Assembly: GCA_965219455.1 (NCBI GenBank) | Contig: OZ244744.1 | Location: 4,192,001-4,256,000, forward strand | Length of the DNA: 64,000 bases | Reading direction: 5' to 3' | DNA from: Candidatus Latescibacterota bacterium | Lineage (GTDB): Bacteria > Latescibacterota > UBA2968 > GCA-2709665 | Shown: positions 1 to 10,800 of the stretch, in pieces | Position numbering within the stretch: the first letter of the stretch is position 1 | Layout of the letters: each line of letters begins with the position of its first letter | Notes under the pieces: model-generated | What the model saw: only the letters and a program-made list of their open reading frames with translations | Told to the model about the DNA's origin: nothing | The model's database searches: none | Translations under genes and position numbers: made by a program

Positions 1-732
1 CAAATCACCATTGGGCGAGTAATAGCCTGGAATGGCGGTCTGCTCAGCGTGTCAACTCGAATGTGTGGTTCTTGCGATGCGTTCCCTACGTGTGAACACG
101 GTTGTACGGAATGCCCAAAAAGCGCAAGCTGGTGACTTTCGAATGAACTCGCTTGTAGGCCCTTGTCGCTCACGTTCCACTCACATTGGGAAGGATCGAA
201 GGCTTTGCGAATAGTAATTGCTCACATGTTGCTTTGTTGTCCATTATCTCAAGGTCGGCCAAGCCATTTGTGGCACAGTTTACGACGAATTGCCACTGGC
301 AGGCGCGTGGCGGATGCTGGTGGTTGGCTGCTCTGGATCGTCAACAGCCCACACGCCGATTGACCGAACCAACTCCATTTTGCCTTTTACGTCAATTTCT
401 CATCATTACTTAAAAATAGGCAAATTTCATGCGAACAACAATAGAAGAATTCCGGATGATGACGTTAGATCGATCGACCGATCGATCATGGTCCGTCTTC
501 CAGCGACCGGAAGGCGCAAAAACGTTGAACAGAATTCCCAAACGGTGGCTTCTGAGGGTTCGCGATGACAAATGTCGAAGGCCATTGCCCAAAACTGTTG
601 TTTCCCGTTGAAGTCCAGGAACTCTTCTTTTAATCAGAAAGGGGCCGTTAGCGGGTAGGTGAACAGGCAACGCCTTTCTTATTTGGCGAGAAAGCTGAGT
701 TGGCTATCGGTCATCCATAAAAGATGCCGAAG

Positions 733-2583
733 TCATTGGATCAAGCCCTCTTTGATTGGCCAGGATAGAAAACTGAGGTTTCTGCTTCTCGCCCAATTCC
801 TGGCTGCCTCAGCGAGACGGTCGTTACGCGATTTTAGGAAAATTGTGGCCACATTTTTGTCGCCGTAGAACCGAAGAGCGTCGATAAGAACAGGCTCATA
901 GCCTCTGATATTTCTCTTAATATAGAACCGATGGGCGCCAGCGACAATGGGCAGATTTCGCTTTCTCAACTCATTGATTAATGCCTCGGACGCTTGATCA
1001 TTCGCAATTTCAGCCAGGTCTTCCGCTGCACGGATACGGGTCCCGAGATCCATATCGTGGAACTGTCTTAGAATGTCTTCTACGAGATTCCCGGTCGATT
1101 CAGTATCTCTCCAATTTGGATCAAGCATATCCAATGAACGAGATACGTCCGTTACTCTCAGCCGTTTCGACCTTACAGCATCCAGCATAGCCTGAAACGC
1201 ACGTTTATCGCCGATTTTTCCCAATGCCATTGCCGCTTCCCGTCGAACATCAATAGAAGGGTCATTCAAGGCGGCAATCAATGGCTCCAAGGAACCTCGA
1301 TCACCGATTCTACGTAGTGCCGCTGTACCAGCACGACGAACAAAGGAGCTTCGACTGCTCATGAGTCTTACGAGGGCATTTGCGGACCTGGCGTCCTTAA
1401 GTTCTCCCAATGCCTGTGCGATCGCGATGCGGACATCCCGTGGACTCTCAATGACGATTTCAGAAAATGGGCCAACATCGGATACTGTGGCGTCATCCAG
1501 AGCCGCAATGAGTGCGTTGACTGCGGTTGTATCTCCAATCTTACCCAATGCGGCCGCCGCGGCAAATCGAACGGATCGAATTGAATCTTCGAGCGCTTGA
1601 CGCAAGGGTTCAAGCGCGCGCGCATCTCCCATTTCGCCTAAGGCGTACAACAAATCGGTGCGGACGCTCCAGTCAGGTTCATTCGCCAACGCACTGGTCA
1701 GGGACCCCAGTATGCTTGCATCTCTCATTTCACCGAGACCTTCGGCTGCAGCTTCTCTGACAAGCGGATTCTCGTCGTTCATGAGTTCAAGAAGCTCGTC
1801 CTTCAGTGATTCTGCCCACTCTTCATCCGTCCAGTGTCGGTTGATTCTTGCAAACGTCGCGGCAATGCTTCGGCGTTTTGTCTCGGCGAGTTTCTCGTCT
1901 TTGAATCTGGAGATTAGATGCGATAGTGCTCGATCCGTGTCTTCACTTTCCTCCCAATCCGGGTCCAGGTTTTCCAATGCATAGGCGATTAGAGAACCTA
2001 ACGCACTGTCTTGGACTTCCCTGACAAGAGCCTGTGTAAGCGGATCAATCGCACTCGGATCACCGACGTTTTTTAGTGCAAGTATTGCTGCAGCGCGGAC
2101 GAACCTGTTTTCGTCGTTCAAACATCCGGAGAGAATCTCAACACAACCGACACTTCCAATATCTCCCAATGCAGAGACCGCGGTCATTCGAAGGTTAGGA
2201 TCCGTTTTCGTTAGCAATTTTGATATAGGACCCGTTGCCCGTGAGTCCTTCAGTGCGCCGAGGGCCTCAATTGCGGCCAGCCCGACAATCCGTTCACGGT
2301 CGTCGATTTTAGACAGTAGCGGGTCCACGGAACTGGGATCCTGAATCGTCCCAAGGACATCGATCGCCTTGAGACGGACCCTCGTGTCGGGATCATTGAG
2401 CGCCCTGTTCAGTGCTTCAATTGAACGCTGGTCTCTGTTCCGGGAAAGCGACTCGATTGCGTGAAGTCGAACACCAGCACGCTTATGTCCAAGATTCCGA
2501 ATGTCCTTTTTAACACTGGAATCGCAATTGGAGAGCGAGAGGGCCGCACACAAAAACAAGCCGATATTTAGAATGCGGTGCAT
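733..2583 (-). CDS. HEAT-repeat (PBS lyase-like) lipoprotein
   Basis: Many tandem 'VRxxAAxALGxIGDxxAVxxLxxAL' repeats; N-terminal signal peptide with lipobox-like LSLSNC; start taken at MHRIL (2583). Confidence 0.85.
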   Translation of the reverse strand: MHRILNIGLFLCAALSLSNCDSSVKKDIRNLGHKRAGVRLHAIESLSRNRDQRSIEALNRALNDPDTRVRLKAIDVLGTIQDPSSVDPLLSKIDDRERIVGLAAIEALGALKDSRATGPISKLLTKTDPNLRMTAVSALGDIGSVGCVEILSGCLNDENRFVRAAAILALKNVGDPSAIDPLTQALVREVQDSALGSLIAYALENLDPDWEESEDTDRALSHLISRFKDEKLAETKRRSIAATFARINRHWTDEEWAESLKDELLELMNDENPLVREAAAEGLGEMRDASILGSLTSALANEPDWSVRTDLLYALGEMGDARALEPLRQALEDSIRSVRFAAAAALGKIGDTTAVNALIAALDDATVSDVGPFSEIVIESPRDVRIAIAQALGELKDARSANALVRLMSSRSSFVRRAGTAALRRIGDRGSLEPLIAALNDPSIDVRREAAMALGKIGDKRAFQAMLDAVRSKRLRVTDVSRSLDMLDPNWRDTESTGNLVEDILRQFHDMDLGTRIRAAEDLAEIANDQASEALINELRKRNLPIVAGAHRFYIKRNIRGYEPVLIDALRFYGDKNVATIFLKSRNDRLAEAARNWARSRNLSFLSWPIKEGLIQ

Positions 2584-2771
2584 TGTCAGCCCGCCATCCA
2601 TCAGCCGCCCTTTCCAGGACGTTGCTCGTCCGATTCAAGGCGCAAAATAAACACTTCGATCGGTCCAAGTGTCCGGCTAAGGATCACGCTGCTGCAAAAC
2701 TTCAGAGCCAGACGGCGAACTCCAATCGTAGGTGTCATGATCTCTAAGCTACAAGCCTGGTTGATCAAATA

Positions 2772-4145
2772 CTATAATCTCTCTGAGCCCTTCATTGCCT
2801 CGATTCGCCAACTGAATTCCTCAACCAAGTGATGTCGAAAACCGATGACCCGAAACCTAATCTGGCCATTTTGGTCTACAAACGTCGTAATCGGTAGCCC
2901 TCTGAGAAGATCAAGCTCTTGATGTTGGTCGTCGAACAAGACGGGGACGTGGATATTCTTGTCTTCAAGCCATTGTACGATCTTGATCGGATCAGCATCG
3001 GCAGTGATTGTGATGACTTCGACTTCGCCGTCATTCTTGTATTTGTCGAAGAGTTCCTGGATTTCCGGTAGTTCACGAACACAAGGTCCACACCAGGTCG
3101 CCCAGTAGTTGATGACAAGGACTTTTCCCTTGAGATCTCTGAAAAATACGGTGTCTCCGTTGAGATTTCTTAAGGAAAAACCGGGGCAAGGAAGCGAATC
3201 ATTAATCTTCGATGCCAGGATATCGGATCGTCTGATGGTCCGTTCTTCAACCTTTAAGAAATCGGCCAGATAATCGCTTTTCTTTCTGTTTTGCGATCCA
3301 GAAATAGTAACGAGGCGTCCAACTAAAGGATCTGATGGTAGAACAGATTCTCCATTTTGTACTCTGATGGAGAGCGCTTTCTTCCATAGTGTCATAGCCT
3401 TAATCGTATCCATAATCGCAAGATTGGCATCGCCGCAATTGATGAAATAATCCAATGTCTTCCTATCGCGCCCGTACATTATCAATTGAACATCACGTTC
3501 CTTGGGTAAGAACACCTCTGCACTCTTAAAAGCCTCCAGGGATTCTTGTTTTCGTCCCTGAATGAACGAAATTCTCCCCAAAGCAGCGTATAGTCGGAAG
3601 GCCTGATCATGCGCATTGTGCCTACCATTTATACCCTTCAGGACTGCAGTTTTAGCTTCTTCAAGGAATGTCGTATATAGGGCCAACGCGATAGGTGCAT
3701 CGGCGAAAGTTTCAATGGGGTTGTTTCGTTCACGCTGGATCAGTTGCTTGAACAGATAGAGCAGCTCAGACGTCGGGAAATCTTCTTGGTAGATTGCTCT
3801 CCAAAAAAGGTACCTATAAGCCTCACCCAACAACTCCAGCCCATCTCCAATTGGCCGATCAAGTCTCATCCTGAGCAGCCGTACGGCTTTCTCAGTTCCT
3901 ATCGCATCTCCATCAACCTGGCTAAGGACAAGAGCAGCGGCGGCGACTTCACGATCTGAGGAGTTGATTCTGAGCAATTCAATGGCAGTTGCAACTCGTG
4001 ATGAATCATTGGGCGCTGCGTCCAGAACAGTGGTGCAAATCAATAAGATTTGGACCACTGCAATCCTCCAGGAAGGAGCCTCGAATATGCCGGTAAGTCT
4101 GTCGAGATACCTGCGGCTGTGTATTCGGAAATAGTACATAGGCAT
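2772..4145 (-). CDS. TlpA/ResA-family thiol-disulfide oxidoreductase with N-terminal TPR-like helical region
   Basis: C-terminal redoxin domain 'KGKVLVINYWATWCGPCVRELP' with a WCGPC motif; TPR-like segments upstream; start uncertain. Confidence 0.8.
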   Translation of the reverse strand: MPMYYFRIHSRRYLDRLTGIFEAPSWRIAVVQILLICTTVLDAAPNDSSRVATAIELLRINSSDREVAAAALVLSQVDGDAIGTEKAVRLLRMRLDRPIGDGLELLGEAYRYLFWRAIYQEDFPTSELLYLFKQLIQRERNNPIETFADAPIALALYTTFLEEAKTAVLKGINGRHNAHDQAFRLYAALGRISFIQGRKQESLEAFKSAEVFLPKERDVQLIMYGRDRKTLDYFINCGDANLAIMDTIKAMTLWKKALSIRVQNGESVLPSDPLVGRLVTISGSQNRKKSDYLADFLKVEERTIRRSDILASKINDSLPCPGFSLRNLNGDTVFFRDLKGKVLVINYWATWCGPCVRELPEIQELFDKYKNDGEVEVITITADADPIKIVQWLEDKNIHVPVLFDDQHQELDLLRGLPITTFVDQNGQIRFRVIGFRHHLVEEFSWRIEAMKGSERL

Positions 4146-4340
4146 TACCGTAACTCAATGGGTTACAATTCGTCCTCCCCAGCTGCCGGCACAGGGTGGC
4201 AAACTGGGATGTCTGATAGTGCTACTCGTTTTTTCGACCAGTCCGAAGACGCACGGGTTGCGCTGCCTTTTTCTTAAGGTCTTCAAAGCCTTCCCCTGGA
4301 AACCGGCGTCAACGTCGAAAATGAAACAGGTCATAGAACA

Positions 4341-6728
4341 TTAATTCCCGACGCCGGGCTCGCCAGTTTCGGAAACTGTCTCGACCTGAAGTTCGGGAAG
4401 TACAAATTTGAATGGCAGCGTTATCCAGACGGGTACGGTATTGCCGTCACGTTCAGCCGGTTTGTACCTGAATTGTGTAACTACATCAATCGCTGGATTA
4501 CGAAATATCTCATCGCCTTCCAGTACGTGTACGTCGCTAACGGAGCCATTCACATTGACCTTGAACTTCAATTTCACTCTGCCTGTCAATCCAGCTTTTC
4601 GCGCTACGCCAGGGTAATCTGGCCGAACATTATTCGGGTTCAGATGGACGGGCATTACGTGAACCTCCGAAATCTCGAAGACCTCATTGCCGTCAATACC
4701 GCTACTGTCGGCAGCCGCTTCGTCCTGATTTTCGGGAAGCGCGAACGCAATGCGCTGGGCCATCCACGCCGGGACCGGTTTGCCACCAAGTTCAGCAGGC
4801 TTGAACCGAAATTGCGATAGGGCATCGGTCGCCGGCTTCCGGAAGATTGCTTGCCCTTTCAAGACTTTAATGTCGCTGACAGTACCGTCCGCGTTGACCT
4901 TGAGCCTTAGGAATACGTTGCCTTTTAACCCTGCTCTTAGCGCTAAATCCGGGTAAATTGGCGGAACAGAATGCGTGAGGACCGGTTTTTCGTCAACCTC
5001 CCATATCTCGAAGGCCTTTTCGGCTTCAGCGTCACCCTTTTCGGGTGGCGGCACGGACTTTGGTTTGGGTAGCTGAAAACTGATTCGCTGCGTCATCCAC
5101 ACGGGGACAGGCTTGCCTTCGTGCTCGGCAGGCGTGAACCGACATTGCGAAATGGCATCGATCGCAGGTTTGTGAAAAATCGCCTTTCCTTTTAGGACGT
5201 TGATGTGGCTTACCGTTCCATTTACGTTTACTACAAAACGCAAGAACACGTTTCCCACTAAACCAGCTTTTCGCGCCTTATCCGGATAAACTGGTCCAAC
5301 GGGATTTGTGAGAACCGGTTTAACGTCGACTGACCAGAATTCTAAGACATTGTCTGGTTTAGATGAAAAACGAATTGGTGTCAACAAGGTAACGGGCACG
5401 ACTTTTCCGTTGTACTCAGCGGGCTTGAAACGCCATTGCAACACAGCATCTGTCGCGGCATTGTGAAATATCTCCGGTCCCTTCAATACGGTCACGTCGC
5501 TTACCGAACCGTCGACATTGACGATAATCTTTAGATGCACAACACCATCTATTTTGTTTTCTGGCGCTTCTTCAGGATATTCGGGTGGGAGAATCTTCAC
5601 GGGATGGGGTTTGACGTCGACCTCTTTTATGTCGTAGACGACGTACAAAACGTCGTTGCCGTCAACATGACCAGATACAGCACCGACCTCCCGGGGTTGT
5701 GTATTTTCGACGGTCCTGTCGTCTGTAGCAGACTTCGACACCTCCAGTCCACGTTCATTCTGCGTATATGCTTCTCGGATCGAGAACGGCGCGATCATGA
5801 GTCCGATGAGAACGGGAATCGCCAACTGCCACTTCGACCGTTTCATTTCGCCCTCCTTGTAATTGAGTAAGTGCTCGAATCGTGCTTTCAGCGTCGTTTC
5901 GCGCTCGATTAAATACAGGGTCAAGGCACTCGGCGCAGGTCGCCTGTCTACAAAGTCCAGGAGCAGGCGCCCGTATTCGGCAGGCGTCAGGTTCGTTTCG
6001 CGCAAAACCGCTTCGTCGCAGCGCAATTCGCGGAGGTACATCAACTTGCGGTTCAACAGCCAGATCAGGGGGTTTGCGCCGAAAAGAGCCGTTGCCATGG
6101 CCTGCAGTGTCAGCACGTAGATATCTCGTCTTTCAAAATGCGCCAACTCGTGCCTGACAACGCCCCGTAGCTCGTCGGGCGACCAGGACGACCAGTTCGA
6201 CGGCAGGTACAATCGCGGCCTTTCTAAGCCCACCAGAGTGGGAGAAGGCAGGCTGGATTTGGAATATACTTTCAGGTTCCGGGTTCCGATCAGTGATGCA
6301 ATCTTGGGCGCCAGTTCAACCGGGATTGCCGATTTCAACATACGATGAAAGGCCGCGTTTTTCCACAGAGCCACACCTGCCCAGACCAGGACTGAAAGAA
6401 TCCACAGGCAGAACAGGTAGAACGCCGGAGGAAGGGTCGTCACGGCCACTGTGGAAAATGAAATGGCATCAGAGACCACGCCGGAATAAAAGGGATCATC
6501 TACCGCGACATTTGTCGATAAAATCAGAAACGCGGGTATTGGGATGGCTAAAACGGGCGGGACAAACACCTTCGCCAGTCCCAGCAGATAGAGCGCATAT
6601 CTCATTCGCGTTTCCAGCGCCAACCATCGATCCACGGCCCACACCAGCAATATGAACAGCGACACTTCGATCATGTGCACCGCGTAAAGCGGCCACCACG
6701 CTTCGGCCAGGGTGATCAACGTATTCAT
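4341..6728 (-). CDS. BlaR1-like M56 metallopeptidase fused to four TonB C-terminal domains
   Basis: TM helices, 'HELAH' zinc motif and 'ELRCDE' M56 motif, then four copies of 'P.YP..A...G..G.V.L...VNxDGxVSDxxVLKG...F..PA.DA..Q.RF.PAE..GK.VPVW'. Confidence 0.9.
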   Translation of the reverse strand: MNTLITLAEAWWPLYAVHMIEVSLFILLVWAVDRWLALETRMRYALYLLGLAKVFVPPVLAIPIPAFLILSTNVAVDDPFYSGVVSDAISFSTVAVTTLPPAFYLFCLWILSVLVWAGVALWKNAAFHRMLKSAIPVELAPKIASLIGTRNLKVYSKSSLPSPTLVGLERPRLYLPSNWSSWSPDELRGVVRHELAHFERRDIYVLTLQAMATALFGANPLIWLLNRKLMYLRELRCDEAVLRETNLTPAEYGRLLLDFVDRRPAPSALTLYLIERETTLKARFEHLLNYKEGEMKRSKWQLAIPVLIGLMIAPFSIREAYTQNERGLEVSKSATDDRTVENTQPREVGAVSGHVDGNDVLYVVYDIKEVDVKPHPVKILPPEYPEEAPENKIDGVVHLKIIVNVDGSVSDVTVLKGPEIFHNAATDAVLQWRFKPAEYNGKVVPVTLLTPIRFSSKPDNVLEFWSVDVKPVLTNPVGPVYPDKARKAGLVGNVFLRFVVNVNGTVSHINVLKGKAIFHKPAIDAISQCRFTPAEHEGKPVPVWMTQRISFQLPKPKSVPPPEKGDAEAEKAFEIWEVDEKPVLTHSVPPIYPDLALRAGLKGNVFLRLKVNADGTVSDIKVLKGQAIFRKPATDALSQFRFKPAELGGKPVPAWMAQRIAFALPENQDEAAADSSGIDGNEVFEISEVHVMPVHLNPNNVRPDYPGVARKAGLTGRVKLKFKVNVNGSVSDVHVLEGDEIFRNPAIDVVTQFRYKPAERDGNTVPVWITLPFKFVLPELQVETVSETGEPGVGN

Positions 6729-7123
6729 TCCGGGCCTCCTTTCTTTGCTTTCTCCCTTGCTTCAATCAGCGCGCGCAATTCATCCAGTTCTTTCTGGGAA
6801 AGTTCGCCCGAATCCACGAGATACGTTGCCAGCGACCCGAAGGATCCTTCGAACATACGGGACACGAGGGTTCGCGTTTCTGCCCGCGCGACCTCTTCCC
6901 TCGACACGGTTGGCCTGTACACATTAACGGGACCGATTTTCTCACGATCCAACACGCCCTTTTCAGCCAGAATATTCATGATCGTCTGTACGGTCGTATA
7001 GGCCTTCTCGCCATTGGGATAGACGTAATCCAGAACGTTGCGAACCGTGACCCGGCGGTTGAATTTCCAGACGCCGTCCATCACCTCCCACTCGACTTCG
7101 GCCAGTCGTCTTTTCTTCGCCAT
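6725..7123 (-). CDS. BlaI/MecI/CopY family transcriptional repressor
   Basis: 'EWEVMDGVW...AYTTVQTIMNILAEKG...FEGSFGSL' BlaI signature; AAGGAG RBS before the ATG at 7123; 4-nt overlap with the M56 gene. Confidence 0.92.
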   Translation of the reverse strand: MAKKRRLAEVEWEVMDGVWKFNRRVTVRNVLDYVYPNGEKAYTTVQTIMNILAEKGVLDREKIGPVNVYRPTVSREEVARAETRTLVSRMFEGSFGSLATYLVDSGELSQKELDELRALIEAREKAKKGGPE

Positions 7124-7281
7124 AATCATCTCCTTTGCGCTCGTCTTATGACTCAATTTTCAGTAATAAAACGATTTTATCTGTGTGGCCGGTACATATG
7201 CCGGACACTCGGCGTATATTCTGATGTCTTAGACGATTTCAATGCGCCCGCCATGCCCACGATTGGATCGCTCTACCCCGC

Positions 7282-7362
7282 GTGGGCGCAACCCTCGTGG
7301 TTGCCCTGTTGTGCAGGTTGGCGCCTGTCTCGCCGTGGGGCGCCCACAAGAGGCGCCCCTAC
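7282..7362. repeat. Degenerate REP doublet (REPIN-like element)
   Basis: GTGGGCGCAACCCTCGTGGTTGCCC ... GGGCGCCCACAAGAGGCGCCCCTAC: two inverted GTAG-type REP hairpins; the right one ends in CTAC. Confidence 0.55.
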
Positions 7363-7441
7363 CAGCAGCATACCTGCTGTTGCAGGCATACCTTCGTCGA
7401 AGAGGGGTTCTCCGCTGCCTTTCCAGTGATTTGTCCGAATT

Positions 7442-7465
7442 ATATTACTAATATATTAGTAATAT
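7442..7465. promoter_or_regulatory. Perfect 24-bp palindrome, probable BlaI-family operator
   Basis: ATATTACTAATA/TATTAGTAATAT is an exact inverted repeat overlapping the -10 box of the minus-strand promoter for blaI. Confidence 0.75.
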
Positions 7466-7489
7466 GACGAATTCATTAGGAACTGTCAA
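7461..7489 (-). promoter_or_regulatory. sigma70-type promoter for blaI-M56
   Basis: Minus strand reads TTGACA-17 bp-CATATT. Confidence 0.6.
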
Positions 7490-7815
7490 GTGGGGATTTT
7501 ATTTTTTCTGGAATTGCTGAACAATTACCGTAAGGAAAACCGGGAATTTCCCGCGTCCGCAGGTAGAATCGAAGCGTGAGCCGACTCCGCAATCCTTTCT
7601 CTATTTCTTCGCTGGCGTCTACTTCCCGCTTACGCGGTATCGACGACCGAGACTGGAATCGAGTTTCAGGAGTGTCTGGACTTCAATGGGTGGGCGTCGT
7701 ATATTGCGCAATCCGGCACCGATCGTGTGCCCCGGTGAATTCGTGTGGCAGGCGCAGGATATTCTGTCGGTTTTCTTCTGTGTGGTCCCGTCGACCGCTT
7801 TCTGGAATGCTTCCA

Positions 7816-10800
7816 ATGTCTGATAAGGATCTCACGAGACGGGAGTTTCTTCAAGGGGCCGGTCTGGGCACCATGGCTCTAGCGGCCGGATGCGATCCGG
7901 CTTTGTGGAGGAGCGATATGGGGATCGAACGGATAGATTGTTCAAGGGAAACAAGGTACTGGGAAGGTGAACGGCCGTTTCCAAGAGGCGTGGCGCATCC
8001 GCTGTTCTATACGCCTGACCAGATCGAGCGCGCCAGGAGGCGGGTGGAATCGCATGACTGGGCGAAGCGGTTTCGAGACGGGCAGTTGCGTTGGATCGCC
8101 CGCCGAAAAATCCTGGAGATGCCGGACGAGACCATACGCGCTGGTATTTCAGAGCAGGTTAACTTTCCTCTTCCGCGCTGTCCGGTTGACCGGCGAAAGC
8201 GGAGTTGGCGGATCCATTTCTGGAAATGGTCGCCGGAGGATCCGGACCATGTCCGGTGCGAAATCTGCGGGAGCGTGTTTCCGGGGCCGGACCACCGGCC
8301 GGTGGGAGAGATCGAGGTGGTGGGTCCGGCCGGCGGGGTGGTCCGATACCGTTATTGGGAGGATGAGGAGGGGATGCGGTACTTTTTCGAAAATATGTTG
8401 TTGAACTACACCCAGTACCACGTGATCCGGATGGCGGATCCCCTGTCGATTGCCTACGCACTAACCGGCGAGATAGCGTATGCGCAGAAGGCGGCGGTGA
8501 TACTGGATCGGCTTTCGGAAGTCTACAGGAACTATCCCGTGCACGGACTGGGCGTGGCATATCTCCACGCAGATCGGAGGGGATTCTACGAGAACCATTT
8601 CTACAAGGCCCCGCCCTTTCCCTTCGTGTCCGCAAGGATGGGCAATTTTCACGCCAGCCCGTTTTCAGACGCGAACAATGCGTTCCGCCTGGCCCAGGTG
8701 TACGACCTGATCTCCGAAAGCGGCGCCATCGAAAAACTGTCCGAAGCCGAGGGTCGGGACGTGCGCAGGGCAATTGAACGGGACCTGCTGTACGAGGCGA
8801 TCCGGCACACGCTGGAGACCCCGCACGGCTCCACCAATTACGACGGGGGAAGGATCAACGGGCTGGCCCTCGCGGGGCGGGTTCTCGATGAACCGGATTT
8901 CGTTGCCAATGCGTACATGCTGTATCGGACATTGATCGATAACTGTTATTTTTACGACGGGTACTGGCACGAGGATACGCTAAACTATTTCAATATGATT
9001 ACCGGGGGCACGCTCCGTGTGCCGGATGTAATCAGTGGCCCGGGAGGAATAGATGTCTACGGAGAGATGCCATTTCTAGAGCGGATCTATACGGCGCCAT
9101 TGGGGTTGTTTATGCCGGACGGGCGCACGCTGATGGCGAACGATACGTGGGCGTTGAGTACCGGTGTCGCCCGTGTGTCAAGTCGAATTGGATCCATGGC
9201 CCGATTCGTGGAAGCAGCCGACGAGATCGCAGGTACATCCAGGATTCCCGTTGCCGACGTCGAGTATGCACTCTTCCGGCGGTCTTCGGAAGCGGGCCGG
9301 CGCGTCACGGAGGACGATTTGCTGGCGCTGGCGCCTTCCAACTATCTTCTGCCGGGTGCGGGCGATGTGATCCTGGGCGTGGGACTATCGAAGGAAGCCG
9401 TGCGGGGGACGTTGTGTTATGGTCCATGGGGCGGGCACCACCATTACGATACGCTCGCAATGGGAATGGATGTGTTCGGGCAGGAACTTCTCTCGGACAT
9501 CGGATATACGCATACCCGTTACCGGGAGTGGGCGACGACGGTCGGCAGCCACAATACCGTGGTTGTAGACGGGCAGGAGCAGACAAGAGACAGTGGGCGG
9601 CTGAGGTGCTATCACCCTGCTTCTGGCACGCGCGTGGGACTGGTCTGCGCGGAGGCCCCGGGGGCTTTTAGGAATGCGACGGTGTATCGCCGAACGATGA
9701 TGCTCGTCCCAACGGGCACCGATAGCGGGTACGTGGTGGATCTGTTTGAAGTGAAGGGCGGCGACGTGCACGATTATCTCCTGCACGGATCGGCGGATTT
9801 CGACCAGGCGCTTTCAGTGGATGTGGAACTCCAGCCTGCGGACGAGGAGATGATTCTGAGCGGAGAGGGGACAGACGGGGCGCTTTACGGTTATTTGAAA
9901 CGAACGCGCGGGGCGGATGTGTCCGGAGAATTGGAGGTGCGGTTCGAAGGCAAGGGGACGCTGGTGGATGTCAGGTTCCTCGGCGTTCAGGCGGGTCGAT
10001 TGCTGGTCAGCGACGCACCGTCCATCCGCCGGACGCAGGAGGATGACGGCAAATTGGACGATTTCTGGTTTCCGGTAGTCTGTTTGCGAAACCGAAACGG
10101 CGCGAGCCGGTTTGTGTCGGTGATCGAAGCACACCGGGGCCGAAGCGTTATTCAAGATGCGAAGCTGGTGGCGCAGGATCGCGCCGGGGTTGTCCTGCGG
10201 GTGACGGAACGCGGCCGGGTTCGGACAATCGCGATAGATCCCGAGGGAGTCGGGTTGGCCACAAACCTGCCGGATGGAAGGCGTTTTGAACTCAGGGGGC
10301 GCGCCGGCGTGATGAGCGAATCCTCCACGGAAATTGATCTCGACGTGATCGACGGGTCGCTGTTACGGGTGGGCGAGGCGACAATCGAACAGATTCGCGA
10401 CTACGAAGGGACGATAACGGGGCTGGCGGGAGATATGTCGGGCGAACCGGGGCGCAGTGAATTGGAAGTGGATATTCCGTTGCCGGAGGATGGATCGCTG
10501 GACGGAAAGGTAATCTACGTCCGTCATCCATCGGGGCTGGAGACGGTGTATCTGGTGAAGCGAATCGAGCGGGAAGACGATGGCAGCCGCGTTTATCTCG
10601 CCGATATGCCCCGATTCGTCAGGGGTAGAGGCGAGGTGGCATCCGGGAAGCGATCCAGGTTCGACAGCAACGTGGACCACCCGAAAGAAGGGGCGTATCC
10701 GGGATGCCGGCTCCGGATCGGGGATCGCGTGTTTACCATTCGCAAAATGAGAGGGCGCACGACCTTTGTCGTGGAGGAGGCGTTTGATTTTTCGGAGGTT

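Noticed and set aside
1-730. Protein-coding gene at the left edge
   Set aside because: Only short ORFs, with no RBS or recognisable motif in the frames examined.
7576-7815. N-terminal extension of the heparinase-like ORF
   Set aside because: The Tat signal starts at 7816, so the upstream in-frame stretch is unlikely to be translated.
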